DNA of 64,000 nucleotides from Alphaproteobacteria bacterium (lineage in GTDB: Bacteria > Pseudomonadota > Alphaproteobacteria > MPNO01 > UBA830), in assembly GCA_964291215.2 (NCBI GenBank), contig OZ219791.1:224001-288000 (forward strand), read 5' to 3'. Positions 20,018 to 31,959 of this stretch are shown piece by piece. Position numbers and translations under genes: made by a program. How positions within the stretch are numbered: the first letter of the stretch is position 1; each line of letters opens with the position of its first letter. Below the pieces are notes generated by a model. The model ran no database searches and had not been told where the DNA came from. It saw nothing but the letters and a program-made list of their open reading frames with translations.

Positions 20018-20716
20018 ATGCCGACAGCAGATCCTTATGATCCGGAGTCGCTTTTCGCGCGCCTCCGGGCCGCCTGCCCCGACGAATGGGAAGCCTATAC
20101 GCGACACGCTTTCGTGCGCCAGCTCGGTGCGGGGCAACTGCCGGAGCCGTGTTTCCGCCACTACCTGATCCAGGACTATCTCTTCCTGGTCCATTTCGCG
20201 CGCGCCTGGGCGCTGACGGCCTTCAAGTCCGACACGCGCGCCAATGTCCGGCGCGCCGCATCGTCGCTGTGGGCAATCATCGACAGGGAAATGGAGCTGC
20301 ATGTCTGGTTCTGCGCCAACTGGGGGCTGACCGAGGCGGACATGGATTCGGTGCCGGAGGCGGTCGAGACCACCGCCTATACGAGATACGTCATCGACCG
20401 CGGAATGGCAGGCGATGTTCTCGATCTCCAGGTGGCGCTCGCGCCATGCATCGTCGGATATGCCGAAATCGGTCGCAACCTCCACGACGATCCGTCAACG
20501 GTTCTCGACGGCAATCCCTACCGGGAATGGATAGAGATGTATGCTGGCGACGACTACGGCAGCGTCGCCCACGACGCCGTCCGTTTTCTCGACACCCTGT
20601 GCGCCGAACGCAGGGGAACCGAGCGCCTCGACAGCCTAATCTCAACCTTCACGCAGGCGACGCGGCTGGAAGCGGCGTTCTGGGGCATGGGGCTGGCTGC
20701 AAAGGCCGCCGGATAG
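20018..20716 (+). CDS. tenA: Thiaminase II / TenA family
   Basis: Motifs YLIQDYLFL, LAPCIVGY, YREWIEMY and LEAAFW. Confidence 0.9.
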   Translation: MPTADPYDPESLFARLRAACPDEWEAYTRHAFVRQLGAGQLPEPCFRHYLIQDYLFLVHFARAWALTAFKSDTRANVRRAASSLWAIIDREMELHVWFCANWGLTEADMDSVPEAVETTAYTRYVIDRGMAGDVLDLQVALAPCIVGYAEIGRNLHDDPSTVLDGNPYREWIEMYAGDDYGSVAHDAVRFLDTLCAERRGTERLDSLISTFTQATRLEAAFWGMGLAAKAAG

Positions 20717-20739
20717 AAAGCCGCTCTCCGGACGCCCGA

Positions 20740-20765
20740 GCCGGCCGGGGGCACCCCCGGCCGGC
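20740..20765. terminator. GC hairpin between convergent genes
   Basis: GCCGGCCGGGG-GCAC-CCCCGGCCGGC. No U tract. Confidence 0.5.
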
Positions 20766-20785
20766 CCTATGGCTGCGGGCAGCGA

Positions 20786-21820
20786 TCAGCTTTCGCCGCC
20801 GAAGATCAGCTTGCGCGCGTGCTTCACGACCTCAGGAGAGGCGTTCTTGACCGCGTCGTTAACGATCTGCTGGATTTCCGCACCCTTCGACGGAATCAGT
20901 CGAAGCCGCCGCTTCTGGAGTTCGGCCGCGAACTGCGGGTCGGCGTTCATCTTGTTGTAGGCGGTGCGCAACGTCTTCACGTTGGCTGGATCGACCCCCG
21001 GAGGCAGCGCGAGCCCGCGCCCAAGCAGGCCGAGCACCTTGATGAAATCGACAACCCTGCGGTCGTTATCGTCGCTCACCAGATCCGAAACCATGGGGAC
21101 CGACTTGGGCAAGTCGGGGTCCCTGAACACGCCGATCTGGGCGACCGGGCTGGCAAACGGCTTTTCGCCCTCGAACCAGTGCGGAACCTTGGAGGCCCAG
21201 GCCAGCCAGTTGAACGCCGCCATCTGGGTTTCCCCGCGTTCGACGGCAAGAATCGACTTGGAAGACCCCTTGTATCCCGTCACCATCTTGATCTTGTAGC
21301 CGAACAGGCCCTTCAACAGGCTCGGAAAGATATAGCCCGTGGACGACTTGCCGCTGGTGCTGCCAATCACCTGCTTGTTCTTCATGTCGTCGAGCTTGGT
21401 GATGCCGGCATCATTGCGCACGACCATGACGATGTTCGTCTGGTTGCTTGAACCTACCCAGATGAATTTCCGCGCATCGAAGCGCATCTTCTCGGGCCGC
21501 ATCAGCTGATTGACGACGGCGTTGTCGAGCGGAACGATCATGTTGAGACCGTCCTTGGGCATGACATTGAAGGCCCAGTTCATGGCTTTCACGCCGCCCG
21601 CACCCGGCATGTGCTGGAGAATAATGTTCGGCTTGCCGGGGATGTGCTTGCCGAGATGATTGGAAAAAACGACGCCATATTTGTCGTAAGTGCCTCCCGG
21701 CCCGTACGGAATGACGATCTTGATCGTTTTGCCCTTGTAATCGGTCGGAGCCGCGAAGGCCACGGTGGAAAAGACGGACGCAGCCAGAATGGCGACGAAC
21801 GCCTGTCTTAGATGTTGCAT
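20786..21820 (-). CDS. Tripartite tricarboxylate transporter substrate-binding protein (TctC/Bug)
   Basis: Signal peptide plus IVIPYGPGGTYD, MPGAGG and GYKGS...AVERGE. Confidence 0.9.
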   Translation of the reverse strand: MQHLRQAFVAILAASVFSTVAFAAPTDYKGKTIKIVIPYGPGGTYDKYGVVFSNHLGKHIPGKPNIILQHMPGAGGVKAMNWAFNVMPKDGLNMIVPLDNAVVNQLMRPEKMRFDARKFIWVGSSNQTNIVMVVRNDAGITKLDDMKNKQVIGSTSGKSSTGYIFPSLLKGLFGYKIKMVTGYKGSSKSILAVERGETQMAAFNWLAWASKVPHWFEGEKPFASPVAQIGVFRDPDLPKSVPMVSDLVSDDNDRRVVDFIKVLGLLGRGLALPPGVDPANVKTLRTAYNKMNADPQFAAELQKRRLRLIPSKGAEIQQIVNDAVKNASPEVVKHARKLIFGGES

Positions 21821-22203
21821 GTCACATACCTTCCTGATTCTTGCCGGATTGCCCGACGACCGCGGACTGTCGGCGATTCCCGTAGCAAAAGCAAATTCGC
21901 AAAGGCGACTCCGCAGCCCTCCACTGCCCGGCATAGCGCCGGGAGTTGCGGATCGATGGAAGCAATTGACGACACGCTCGGGGCGGCTGCGTCCGGTCCC
22001 GGGCAGGGCGATCTTACGCTAAATTCTGTATGATTTTTCAAGGCAGCACCTGGGTTTTGCGGGGGCGCGGGTTGGTGCGGGAGATTTTTTACAGTTTTCG
22101 CCGGCTTTCCTGCACTGGAGTTGTCATGGTGCGGGGATGTCGGTTCACAAGCACATCGCGTCCTGTCCGATTCACGTCGCAGCTCCGGAAGGGTCTGTCC
22201 GAG

Positions 22204-23634
22204 AATCCATGTTTCTTGGCAAGGTTTTTGCGGGTGTCTGCAATGATGTTTTTTGTGGTTGTCCACAAGCGGTGTGGGATTTGCCCTGCGAGCGAGGCGA
22301 CATGAAGCTTGTGGTCTCGGCGGCGGGTTGCCGTCCATTGGTCACGTGAACGCGGCTACCTTGCCGTCCCCGGGCATGGTAACGTGACCGTCCGGGTTCC
22401 AGGTGTCTCGTCCACAAGGCGGTTCGATCTCCTCGATGTCGGCCTCGACGATGATCTGCAGACATTCTCCCCAAGCCGTGTCGTAGAGGGAGACTGTCGA
22501 GACAGTCCCGATAGTGCTCCTGCACCGCACCGAGCCACCGCATCGCACCAGCGTTGCGTACGGGAACGACGGGGCTTTCGGTGGTGGAGGTGGGGGCCTT
22601 GCGGCGCGCGGCGCTGCCTCTCGGCAGGGCCGTGTCTCCTTCGCTCACTCACCGGTGCTTCAGGCAACGCTGCTGTCGCAGCAAGGTGTTTGCCAGAGCT
22701 TGCGCATCACGGCGACAATCGCGACCTTGCTTGCTGGCGGTCTTGAGGCGCACCAGGTCCGCGTTGAAGCGTGCCGGTTGCGGCCAGGAGATCGCGTGGC
22801 CTTCGGCGCCCGCCACGGATGTGCCGAGCACCGTGGCCGCTGTCGTTGGCCATCGGCGCCACCCCGATCAAGGCTGCCGACGCTGCCGAGTTCGGGCATC
22901 CAGAAGGGCCGTGGCGGTCACCGGACCGGGGATCGAGGTCAGGATGGCGTACCTCTGCTTGGGATCACCGGCGATCACCGCTTTGATCGCCGCACCGGCG
23001 ATCATCGAGATCGGCCGCCGAGGCCCTTGTGACGGTCTCGCCATCCACCTCATCTGCCACCTGCCTGGCGTCGACAAGCGCGCCACCAGGAGATCCTCCA
23101 GGCTCTTGAGGAAGGCGGAGCCACAGGCTCACCGTGCCGATCCTGGCGTCGACGCGGTTGGCCCATCGCCTCGGCGAAGCGCCCGCAACGGGTTGACGAG
23201 GATAACCTCGAAGCCCCGGTCATGAAGACACTGGTGAACCTTGCGGTGATAGCGGCCTGTCGCCCACCACCCGGCTCACCTCGAGGCCGCGAAGCCACCT
23301 GCCCGTGGCGTCGTTCGCAAAACAATGCGCCAGATGTCCAGACTGGCTGACCCCTGCTACTACCTTGACCATCGCTCCTCACCTTGTGATGATACGGGTT
23401 CAAACCCGGGCATCCAGCGAAGGACGCCAAGGGAGGTTGGCCGACCAAGCTCGGACGCGGCTCTGTCAAGGTCAAAACGGCAACCTCCGCGGAGATCGTT
23501 TGATCCCCTGTGCGTGTTCGCTCAGGGGAGCGGAATCTCTCTGCAACCATAGCTCTCCCACAGATCCACATTTTCCCGCCCCCAACCGCTGTGGATGATT
23601 GCATCATCAAGGGGACAAAACCTGGTCATACAAG
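22204..23634 (-). mobile_element. IS110 family element, copy A (degraded)
   Basis: Fragments ILTSIPGP and KVAIVAVMRKL. Duplicated CT core (AG at 22202-22203 and 23633-23634), no TSD. Confidence 0.85.
23375..23560 (-). ncRNA. Putative IS110 bridge RNA, copy A
   Basis: Left guide TTTTGACCT versus flank CCTCGACCT. Right guide GTCCGAG (23450-23456) is complementary to flank CTCGGAC. Donor guides GGATG.. and ACAAG are present. Boundaries are approximate. Confidence 0.75.
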
Positions 23635-24045
23635 GTCGAGGTGATTACGCTTGGTCAGGCCGGATGAGCGTCCGCTGTGGGATGCGTTGATGGACGACTA
23701 TCCCGGGTTTCGCCGTCTGGCGGGGCTGCACCATATTGCGTCCTTCAGGGGGCAGTGGTCTGGCGGCGTGACGGGGCCTTCAAGTGCCGCGGCCGGTGGA
23801 TTGGCTGGAAGCCGGAGCAGCAGTGGCTTGATCTGACAACACGCGACTGCTTGCGGCGCCGGGAACGTTTCCGAACCTTGCCTCCTTCTTTCTTGCGACG
23901 CGGCGGCTGGCCGATGACTGGGCCTGCGGCCACCAGGTGGCGGAGACGTTCTGCGATCCGGAGCGTTTTGCGGGCACAAGGCGGCGGGCTGGCGTGCCAA
24001 GAGGTTTGCCCGCGCCAACGGGCGCTGCACCGACCCCCATGGTAA

Positions 24046-25270
24046 GGGCTCGTCACGAAACAACCGCTTCTGTATTGGGTGTTGGCAAGAGTGAATAGTT
24101 CCACTCGCCTTGGAATTTTGCGCGCTTGATGTCGAGGGCCTTGATCTCGGCATCCTTGATTTCCTTGGGACAGGTGTTTTCGTCGACATCGCAATAGACC
24201 TTGAGGCCGGCTTCGGTGGTGGTTGCGCTGATCAGGCTGACGATGGCGGCGAGGTTGCGCAGCGCGCCAGTTCTGGCTGATGAACGAGAACAGGCGGTGT
24301 GCGGTTCCATTTGCTGGTGCCGGGCGGCAGACCATGATCTCGAGTTCCCTGGCGAGCTTCTGCAGTTCGACCTTCCGCAGCCGGGCCCCGTTCGAGCCGC
24401 CGCAGTCGGCGGTGATCAGCCGCCGCCCCGGGGTAGCGCCCTGGGCGCCGGATGCTTTCCGCCGCAAACGCCGCCGTGTCATGGCTGATCAGCCGATGTT
24501 GTGGGCCACGTCTCCGTAGGGGGCAGCCTTGCCGAGTTCCTTGTCCGCGAAGTCATGAACCTTCACTTCCTCGGGCCGGCCCTTCGGCCGCCACTGGCGG
24601 CCGGCGTTCTTGAAATCGCCGATCAGTTCCTTCTTCCTGGTGTCGGCTCCCCGGCGGCAAGAAACACCGCAACCTGCTCGTTTATATGGCCGAACTGCCC
24701 GGTGCACGCCGCCTTCGCGGGTCTTCGCCTGCAGCGCATACGCCCAGAAGCCGCCCGACAAGCGACGCCGAACAACCCTGCCCCTCAAGACACTTCGCAA
24801 GATGCCGGGTGCTCTTCGAAACCCGAGACCGTTCCGGGTCGCCCCGCGTCGCCGGCGCAACCAGCGCCGCCAGCAAACCCGGCTGACGCTCCGTCGCCGC
24901 CCGCGCGCCGGCGGCGACGTTGTTCCGCTCCTTCAGACCCCGTCCAATCGTCGAACGCGCAACGCCGTCCGAGACTTGCGCTCACGCCCAAGACACTGCG
25001 CCGCAACCGGCGACCCTTCTCGTCAAGATGAGGAGAAAGGAATGCAAACCGGTGCCTCATGCTCTGTTCCATGCTCCGAACATAAACGCCCAACCAGCGC
25101 CGGACAATCAACCGACAACCAAACTGACCGACAAATCATCCCGGAAAGACCCCAACACCAAACAACCGAAGCCAGCAGACTGACCCTTGGGCAAGCGCTC
25201 AACCAAAACCACCAGACAGACAAAAACGCCAACGCAAACAACACGGATTCGATTATTTGGTGACAAGCCC
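24046..25270 (-). mobile_element. ISAzo13 family element (degraded), 1225 bp
   Basis: Fragments DTRKKELIGDFKNAG, LITADCGGSNG, HRLFSFISQNWR and FQGEWNY. IRs GGGCTYGTCAC. Confidence 0.9.
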
Positions 25271-25345
25271 TAAGCCTCAGCCCAGCGCCATCATCGCCAT
25301 ACGAGATTCACGCCCCCGCTGAGCTCTGCGGTCCAGTTTCCTTCG

Positions 25346-26302
25346 CTATTCGCCTTCACTCGTACTGTCGCCGGTAGTCAGGCCTTCAAATGCTTCCAAC
25401 AAGTCCAGATGCCGTCGCGGAAAATGCACAAAGAGTTCGCCCTCGTAGCCCAGCTCATCCTTCTGGAGATTGAAAGTACCCCGCTCTTCACGCATCTCGT
25501 AAAACTTGACCGATCTTCCCCTGCACTCCAAAGCCTTCATGATCGTGTACTTGGCCGACTCTTTACACCTCATCCCGAAGATGACTTCTTCCAGTTCCAG
25601 GGGCGAACCCTCAGCCCCCCGACGCCCGATCAGTCGCCACTCCTCTTCGTAAGACCAACTCTCCGCCTTTCTCAGCATCACAGCTTCATCGACCGTTACG
25701 CGGGCTTCATCATCTCCATCCAGCATCGCGCTCACCTCGCTCGCCTTGACCAGCCGAGATCCATCGTACGCTACTTTATGAACATCCCCTGTCACCCGCT
25801 CTGGTACTGAATAGCCTAGGCAAATCCCGCGATGCTGGTCGCCATAGTGGCTCCACATCAGCGGGCAGTCGTCTCGCTCTGCAAACGAAACAATACCCTT
25901 CTCGTATCGCTGAAGCAGTTCCAACTCGATGCGATACGTTAACCTCGCTTCGATATCGAATCCCTCGTCCATCTCGCTGTATTCGATCTCATCCATTCGC
26001 TCATCGGCCTGGTCGCGACTGCAATTCTCGATCAGATCCGTCGTCTTGGGCCCATTAAGCCTCATAGAATCAGCTGCCGCACACATTTCTTTAGCGATGC
26101 GTTGTTCGGTCAGCATCCACAGAATCCTTCCGAGCTCACCAACATCGACATCGTTGTAAAGCGAAGGCTGGGTATCCAGCGGATCGTTGAACGTGCTCGG
26201 GTCGGCAAAGTAAAGCCGGTCTCCCACGACCATATCCAAAGTCCGGGCAGTCAAGTCACGATACTTGTAAAGCCGCGTGGGCAATCCCTTATCTCTTTCC
26301 AT
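25346..26302 (-). CDS. DUF2971-like domain protein (intact cargo)
   Basis: RLYKYR, FNDPLD, LMWSHYGDQHRGICLGY and KAESWSYEEEWR. Visibly lower GC than host genes. Start uncertain (ORF is open to 26428). Confidence 0.85.
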   Translation of the reverse strand: MERDKGLPTRLYKYRDLTARTLDMVVGDRLYFADPSTFNDPLDTQPSLYNDVDVGELGRILWMLTEQRIAKEMCAAADSMRLNGPKTTDLIENCSRDQADERMDEIEYSEMDEGFDIEARLTYRIELELLQRYEKGIVSFAERDDCPLMWSHYGDQHRGICLGYSVPERVTGDVHKVAYDGSRLVKASEVSAMLDGDDEARVTVDEAVMLRKAESWSYEEEWRLIGRRGAEGSPLELEEVIFGMRCKESAKYTIMKALECRGRSVKFYEMREERGTFNLQKDELGYEGELFVHFPRRHLDLLEAFEGLTTGDSTSEGE

Positions 26303-28310
26303 GTTTCCCTGTCCGCTTCCGGATACGATCGCTCCTTGGGTCCCGGATCGCATTACGCCAGCGTTGCTGCAACTCCCATGCGAAACGGTGCAGATTGGGC
26401 ACGCTTCGGTCTTCCATGCTGGATGCAAGTCCGATATGTCTATCGTAACCAGTTGATTTATTGAGATTTTGCCTTTGTTTCGGGTTCCCGATTACGGGGT
26501 TTGGTGACAATCGGATTACGCAGCCTCATGTCTGGAAATTGTCGTGAAGCTCTCAGTCATCGAGCTGTTCCCATTTGATGTATGCCTTGGTTTCGGTTTC
26601 CCATTTTTCGTCGATGAGGACTGCGGTTGAGAGGCGCTCCAACGAGGCGATGTTCGGAAAGACCCTGATTTTGGCGGTGCGCCGTTTGAGCTCTTGCTGG
26701 ATCGGTCGCTCGATGCCGTTCGAGGTTCGCATACGTTTGTGGTGAGCATCGGGCAAGGTGAAGACAGCGAGCCCCGCATTCTTTTCCAGCCAGGAAGCCT
26801 GGATGCTTGTCGCTGGCCACGAGGGCGCCCAGTTCAGCCTCGGCGGTTTGGAGTGAGGACGCATGGCTCCGAGCTGTTTTCCAATACGTTTCCTGATGTC
26901 GTTGTTCGGTGCACGGCGTTTTGTGCCAAGTGGAACTGGCAGCGCTGCCACGTCGCCGCGCCCAGCACCGCGCGTCGTGCCGCTTTTAGGCCGATCATCC
27001 GAGACGATGAAGGTTGTGCCATGCAGGCCACGGGCTTGCAAGCTTTCCAAGAAGGCTCTCCAATGGACCTCAGCCTCGGAGAGCGCCACAGAGAGCCCCG
27101 GAACGTGCCTGCAGCCCCTGTTCCGATGGCCGAGAGTACCGCGACATCGCGCACAACGCCGTCATGGCGGGCTTTTTCATGGCACGCATCCAGGTATTTC
27201 ATCAGGGGCCGGTTGCGCGGCGAGTTCTTCATCGAGCAACCTGGTGGCCCGGCTGACCTGAGAAGAGGACAGGCTCCCGAACTCGCGCATTACATCCTGC
27301 CGTGTGGAAACACCCTTGATGTACATCTCGGCTACGGCGCGAGAAGATCGCTGGCCGCGTTCAAGCGACTGGGGGGGGCGTCCCCGTGACCGGCCGTCTC
27401 TGGTACCTGAACGGTAACAGTGGGGGTGTCGATCCGCTTGTAGCCGTTGGCATAGCCCTGTCGCTCCGGTGTCCAGTGGCCCGCTTTCAAGTGCTGCTCG
27501 CGCTCGATTTGCATCGCAAGCTCGAAGAGCTGGCCAAAGACCCGGCCCGGATCCGTTGCTCCGTTTGCGATCAGATGTTCCAAAACGGCCTCAAGCGTCG
27601 TAGTGTGTCGCAAGTCCATTCGCTTCCTCCATGAATGTTTTACAACTCCATGGGATAGCACGATGGCGCCGCGTTTTACTGGGGGGCTAGTAGTTAGACA
27701 TTATTGAATTGATAGATATAGTGACTTCAGTTTCGTCCGGGCATCCTTCGTCGTGAAACGCCAGTCGACAGTGACATCGGCCGCATTGCGCCGTTCCACC
27801 CATGCTGCCGTCTCTCGCCGCATGGTGTCGCGGTCGGGAATGCGTCGCCGAAGGCATTGCCGCGACAGCGCACCGATCTCGGCCATGTTGAGCCAGCTTC
27901 CGTGCTTCGGCGTATAGCGAAACTCGAACCGCTTTCGCACCGCCTCCTCGGGCTCGAAGGCTTCATATAGCGACTGTGCGTGTTCAGATTGTCCAGCACG
28001 ATCTTCCTGTCGGGGAAATGGTCGTCGGCAAGCTCCCGGATGAAGTGCGCCCAGTCCCGCGGCGGTCGGTGACTTTCACCGTGCGCCAGTTCTCGTTGGG
28101 CGCGAAGGCCAGGAAGAGCTTGGCCGTTTCATTCATATTCATGGTCGACCACCTCCGGCTGACCGGAAGGTTTCCTTCGTCTGCTGCCGGCTGGTCTCAG
28201 CACCTCGTTCCCGGCAAAGTCCCGCTGACAAATGTCAAGCACGTCCGCCGCCACGAACTGTGCGCTCCGGTGCGGTGGAATGCACCAGTTCAGCCACGGC
28301 TTGATCTTTT

Positions 28311-31300
28311 GTAACTGCTCACCCCCTGGTTCCGGCTTGATGTCGGGGTAGAGCAACAAACGAGGTTTCGTGGAGATTTGACACTGCATGCCGATTCGCT
28401 TAGTGGTGGTCATCGAGAACGACGGGGACCGCCAGTGGGCTACTTTCGATCGAAGGCGACGAGCGGGCTGTGCCAGCTGCTTCCGGGGCTCCAGCCCCCG
28501 CATGATCTGTATGTGGAAACGCATCTCGGAAGCGACGCGCTGATGAAGCGCAAGGCCGGGTGATGGCGACGGGCGGCGCGCGAGGAGTTCGAAGCGGCCA
28601 AGACCGCGGCGCTGCCGGCAAGGTGGCGGAAGAGGCCGTCATCCGCGTCTTCGTCATCCTGCTCGACATCATCATCGTCGTCCTTCTGGAGAAGACCACG
28701 CACGAGCCGGAACTCCGGTCTGCCGCCGTCACAGACGGACAAGAGCGTGCCGGAAGCAACGGCCCGAAGCCGAACCGGCAGATGGGCGACAACCTGCGCA
28801 AGATCATCGTCGAGGAAACGGTCGCAGCCTGCGACGCCTGCGGCACCGACATCGACGGCCCCGTCGATCGGGAGCGCCGCGTCCTCTATGACATCGTGTT
28901 CGAGGTCGTCGAGCGCCGCGCCGAGATCAAGGAATGCCCGAAGTGCAAGGCCCGGGGCCGGTTCCCCGACAACATCCCGTGCAGTGCGGCATCGGCATTC
29001 AGGCCCTCGTCATCAACCTGCTGGTCGCCCAGATGCTGTCCCTGCGCCGTCGCGCTCGTGCAGGCGATATCAAGCTCTCCGAGGCCTCGGCTATGCTTTC
29101 ACGATGCGTCATGGGAGGAGGCCGCCGTGGCGCACCTCCTGCAACGCCCGATGTCGACGATTTCGGATCAACAGTAAGTGGCTCCATGTCGTGGGACCCT
29201 GACGTGCAAGTTCCCGCACCGCAAGCGCGGCCGGGAGGCAAGAGATCGGCATCATCCCGTGCTACAAGGGCGTCCTGGACCTCGTACATGGGCCAGTGTA
29301 GCCACCAGCTGTGCGGCAGCCACCTGCTGCGCGAACTGACCTTTGTCGTCGAGGCTACCGCGCGACTGATGAAGAGCCTGCTCCCTGCCACAAGGTCAAC
29401 AAGAGCGCATCCAAAACCCTGAACGACGCCGGGCGCAAGCGCTACCGCACCATCAGGGCGCCAAGGAACTGCCCGACATCCCGACGAAAGGAAAACGTGG
29501 ACGCAAGTCCGACGCGCACAACCTGCACGAACGTCTCGTGAAACACGAAAACCTGCGCTTCATAGACAACCATCGCGGTAGGGAACCGGGTTACCCCCCG
29601 CACAGAACCGGACGTGCGCTGTTCGCTCCTCCCCTGACGACAAGGCGCTGGTTTGGCCACGGGCTCAGTGGGCAGCGGTGAGGGTGTCTATGTCCCCGGT
29701 GAAGTCCTTTTGGGAGCGTCGCCGAAGGGCACGCAGCTGTTTGCATTGGTGTATGAACTTCTGCAGGCTGCTTCCTGGAACGGCGTAGTAGCAGCCGTTG
29801 ATAACTCACCACTTGGCCGTTTCGTGCCGGTTATCGTGCCACCGCCTGCGCAAGGCCTCCTTGATCCGCCGCAGGGTGCCCGTTTGCGACCGACCCTGAA
29901 CCTGCCTTTCCTCGTCTGTTCGCAGAAGTGCGTCATGCCGAGGAAGTCGAACGTCTTGCCCACGCTTCCGGCGGTTCGCTCTGGCAAACCGACCGAACTC
30001 GATGATTTTCCGGGTGCAGTTCAAGTGGGCCAGTCTCTCCCCAAGGTCTCAGCGCCGCCCAGATGCTGAAAGCCGCACACGAAGTCGTCCGCATAGCGGA
30101 CAGTGATCGTGTCGCCTCCAGCCATCCGCTTGCGCCAGTGGTTCTGGAACCAGTCGTACGTAGTGCAGGTTCGCAAGGCGCCGCCCCTTGCGGTGTTCCC
30201 TTGCCAGTCGGTCCCTTCCATGACGCCGGCGTCACTTGATGATCAGACCCCCCGATCCGTTTCCCGAGCATCGCGACCAGATGGTCGCGGTTGTCGAAGG
30301 GGCGTCAACGATCCAGTTGACCTTCCGCCGTTCCACCGTGACGGCGCATGATGCGCCCCGGCCGGAAGCCGTAACTAAACCCGAGGAACTCCGTCTCGCG
30401 GCACCAGAATCACACCGCCCGCTGAAGAATCTTGTCCGAGGCAAGTTGCCCTCCATCCTCCTTGGGTATGTAAACCCTGGAGGCGCCCGCCCCTGTGCAC
30501 ACGGGCGTGCAGCAGTTCCACACCCTCCGCGTACGCTTGCCACACAACGCCCCGCCGCCGCGTCCTTCCTCAAGGAATGGAACGCATCGTGCAGAACGTC
30601 GACCGTCACGTGGTGGAGTAAAGACGCTCTTCCGGGTTCCTCTTCGCTACCTGCCGCCTGTGACCCCCGCTTCTGCGCGCGGCGCGGGCCAACCGCATTG
30701 CCCTTCCCTCCAACAACTCCGCAGGCTCCGAAGAACCCTTGTTCGCCGCCTTCAGCGGTACTATGGCCGAATCTGACTTCTCGTTCATCATCGGTTTACG
30801 GAATTTCCTCTGCGGCCCCTCCACGACAGAGGGGCAAGACCTCTCAGGTCCCTGCTTCGGCCCTGGTTCTCGGACCCCGCGGAGTTCCCCTCACCAACGC
30901 GGCTCGCAGGGTGTTGCCCACTCGGACGACCTCGGCACTCCGGTTTCAAAGCATCTCGTGGCTCAATAGCCTGGCCTGCCGCTCCCCAACGCTTCGCCTG
31001 GCGACGCATGGTTCACGGAGAAATTAGCCTCTCTCGGGACTTGCACCCGGCCACATTCCACCAGTTTGCCTGGCGCACCCGATGTCAGCTTCACCAACAA
31101 TGCCGGAGAACAGAAAATCAGGATGGCAAAGGTCAAGGTGTCCGGATGCTTCCGCTCCACGCAAAAGCATGGTGCCGGGGCTCAAGCTACCTCACCTCCA
31201 TGGCCGCACTCGGCTACAACCCACTCGTCGCCACCCAGATCGCCCTCGACGGAAAAGCCGCAGACATCATCAACGAGCACTATGGCCAATCAGAACCCAA

Positions 31301-31318
31301 CAAGGGGTGAGTAGATAC
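28311..31318 (+). mobile_element. IS66 family element copy 1 (degraded), TSD GATCTTTT
   Basis: Ends GTAACTGCTCACCCC and GGGGTGAGTAGATAC, fragment FTNNAGEQKIRMAKVK, perfect 8-bp TSD. Confidence 0.9.
29572..31078 (-). mobile_element. Group II intron with decayed RT/maturase, antisense within IS66
   Basis: 5' end GTGCGCCAGGC and 3' end ...CCCTACCGCGAT. RT fragments GTPQG, VRYADDF and TFDFLG. Removal restores AGACAACCCCGA as in IS66 copy 4. Confidence 0.9.
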
Positions 31319-31959
31319 GATCTTTTTTTTAGCGTCTTCCTGACCGTCTCTTCCGAAATGCGCTCGACGATCTCCACCAGACGGCCGGCGAGCAGCGTCC
31401 ACAGCCCTCGGGCGGGGACGAACAGGCCAGGGCGATCAGCTTCGCCTCCATCGCCCCGTCCAGCCGTTTCGGCCGACGGTTCACCTGCTCCTTGCGGCTG
31501 AGGGCAGCCTCCGGACCCTCCAGAACGCAGCGCAAGCGCTCGACCGTCGCCGTGCCCAGCGCAATGTCGGCATCGACAAGCGCCCCTCAGCATCGGGACC
31601 TGTGCCAGGCGGCCCCGGTGCCCGATCGCCTTCAGATCCCGGCGCTCCTGCGCCGAAAGGGTCACCCGGTAGAGCTTCCTGCCCTGAGAGTTGGCCACGC
31701 TCCTGTCATTGCGCCGAAGACCTGCGGACATGCCCGTTGTCCGGACCTGCGCATGGGGCTGCCTGCCCGTTCGGCATCTTGCCCGTGTGGATATCGACAC
31801 TGTCCGGATTCCAACGGATGCCGACACAGGAATACTACCCACCAAAACCATCAATACAATGCCGGTGGACTACTAGACCCCCCAGTAAAACGCCTCAAAG
31901 CGCAAACCTCAGACAAATTTCCAGACATCAAGTTACAGTACCTCGTCCCATCGATCTAT

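Larger units (their letters stand above)
27691..31872 (-). mobile_element. IS630 family element (degraded), flanked by CTAG duplication
   Basis: Fragments YRVTLSAQER, LDNLNTH and YTPKHGSWLNMAEI. CTAG at 27687-27690 and 31873-31876. Confidence 0.88.
26514..31942 (-). mobile_element. IS256 family element (degraded), split by IS630
   Basis: Fragments EAEVHWRAFLESL, WQRCQFH, RTSNGIER and ELKRRT. Both ends contain TGTCTGGAAATT. Confidence 0.88.

Noticed and set aside
23651-24045. Druantia DruA defence gene (DUF4338-like sequence; also about 39950-40790 and 49250-49600)
   Set aside because: The domain lies within ISAs1 and IS4 element boundaries as part of decayed transposase ORFs, and no other Druantia genes are present.
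31877-31942. Independent 65-bp MITE (also 52766-52830)
   Set aside because: It is simply the outer left end of IS256, separated in one copy by IS630.
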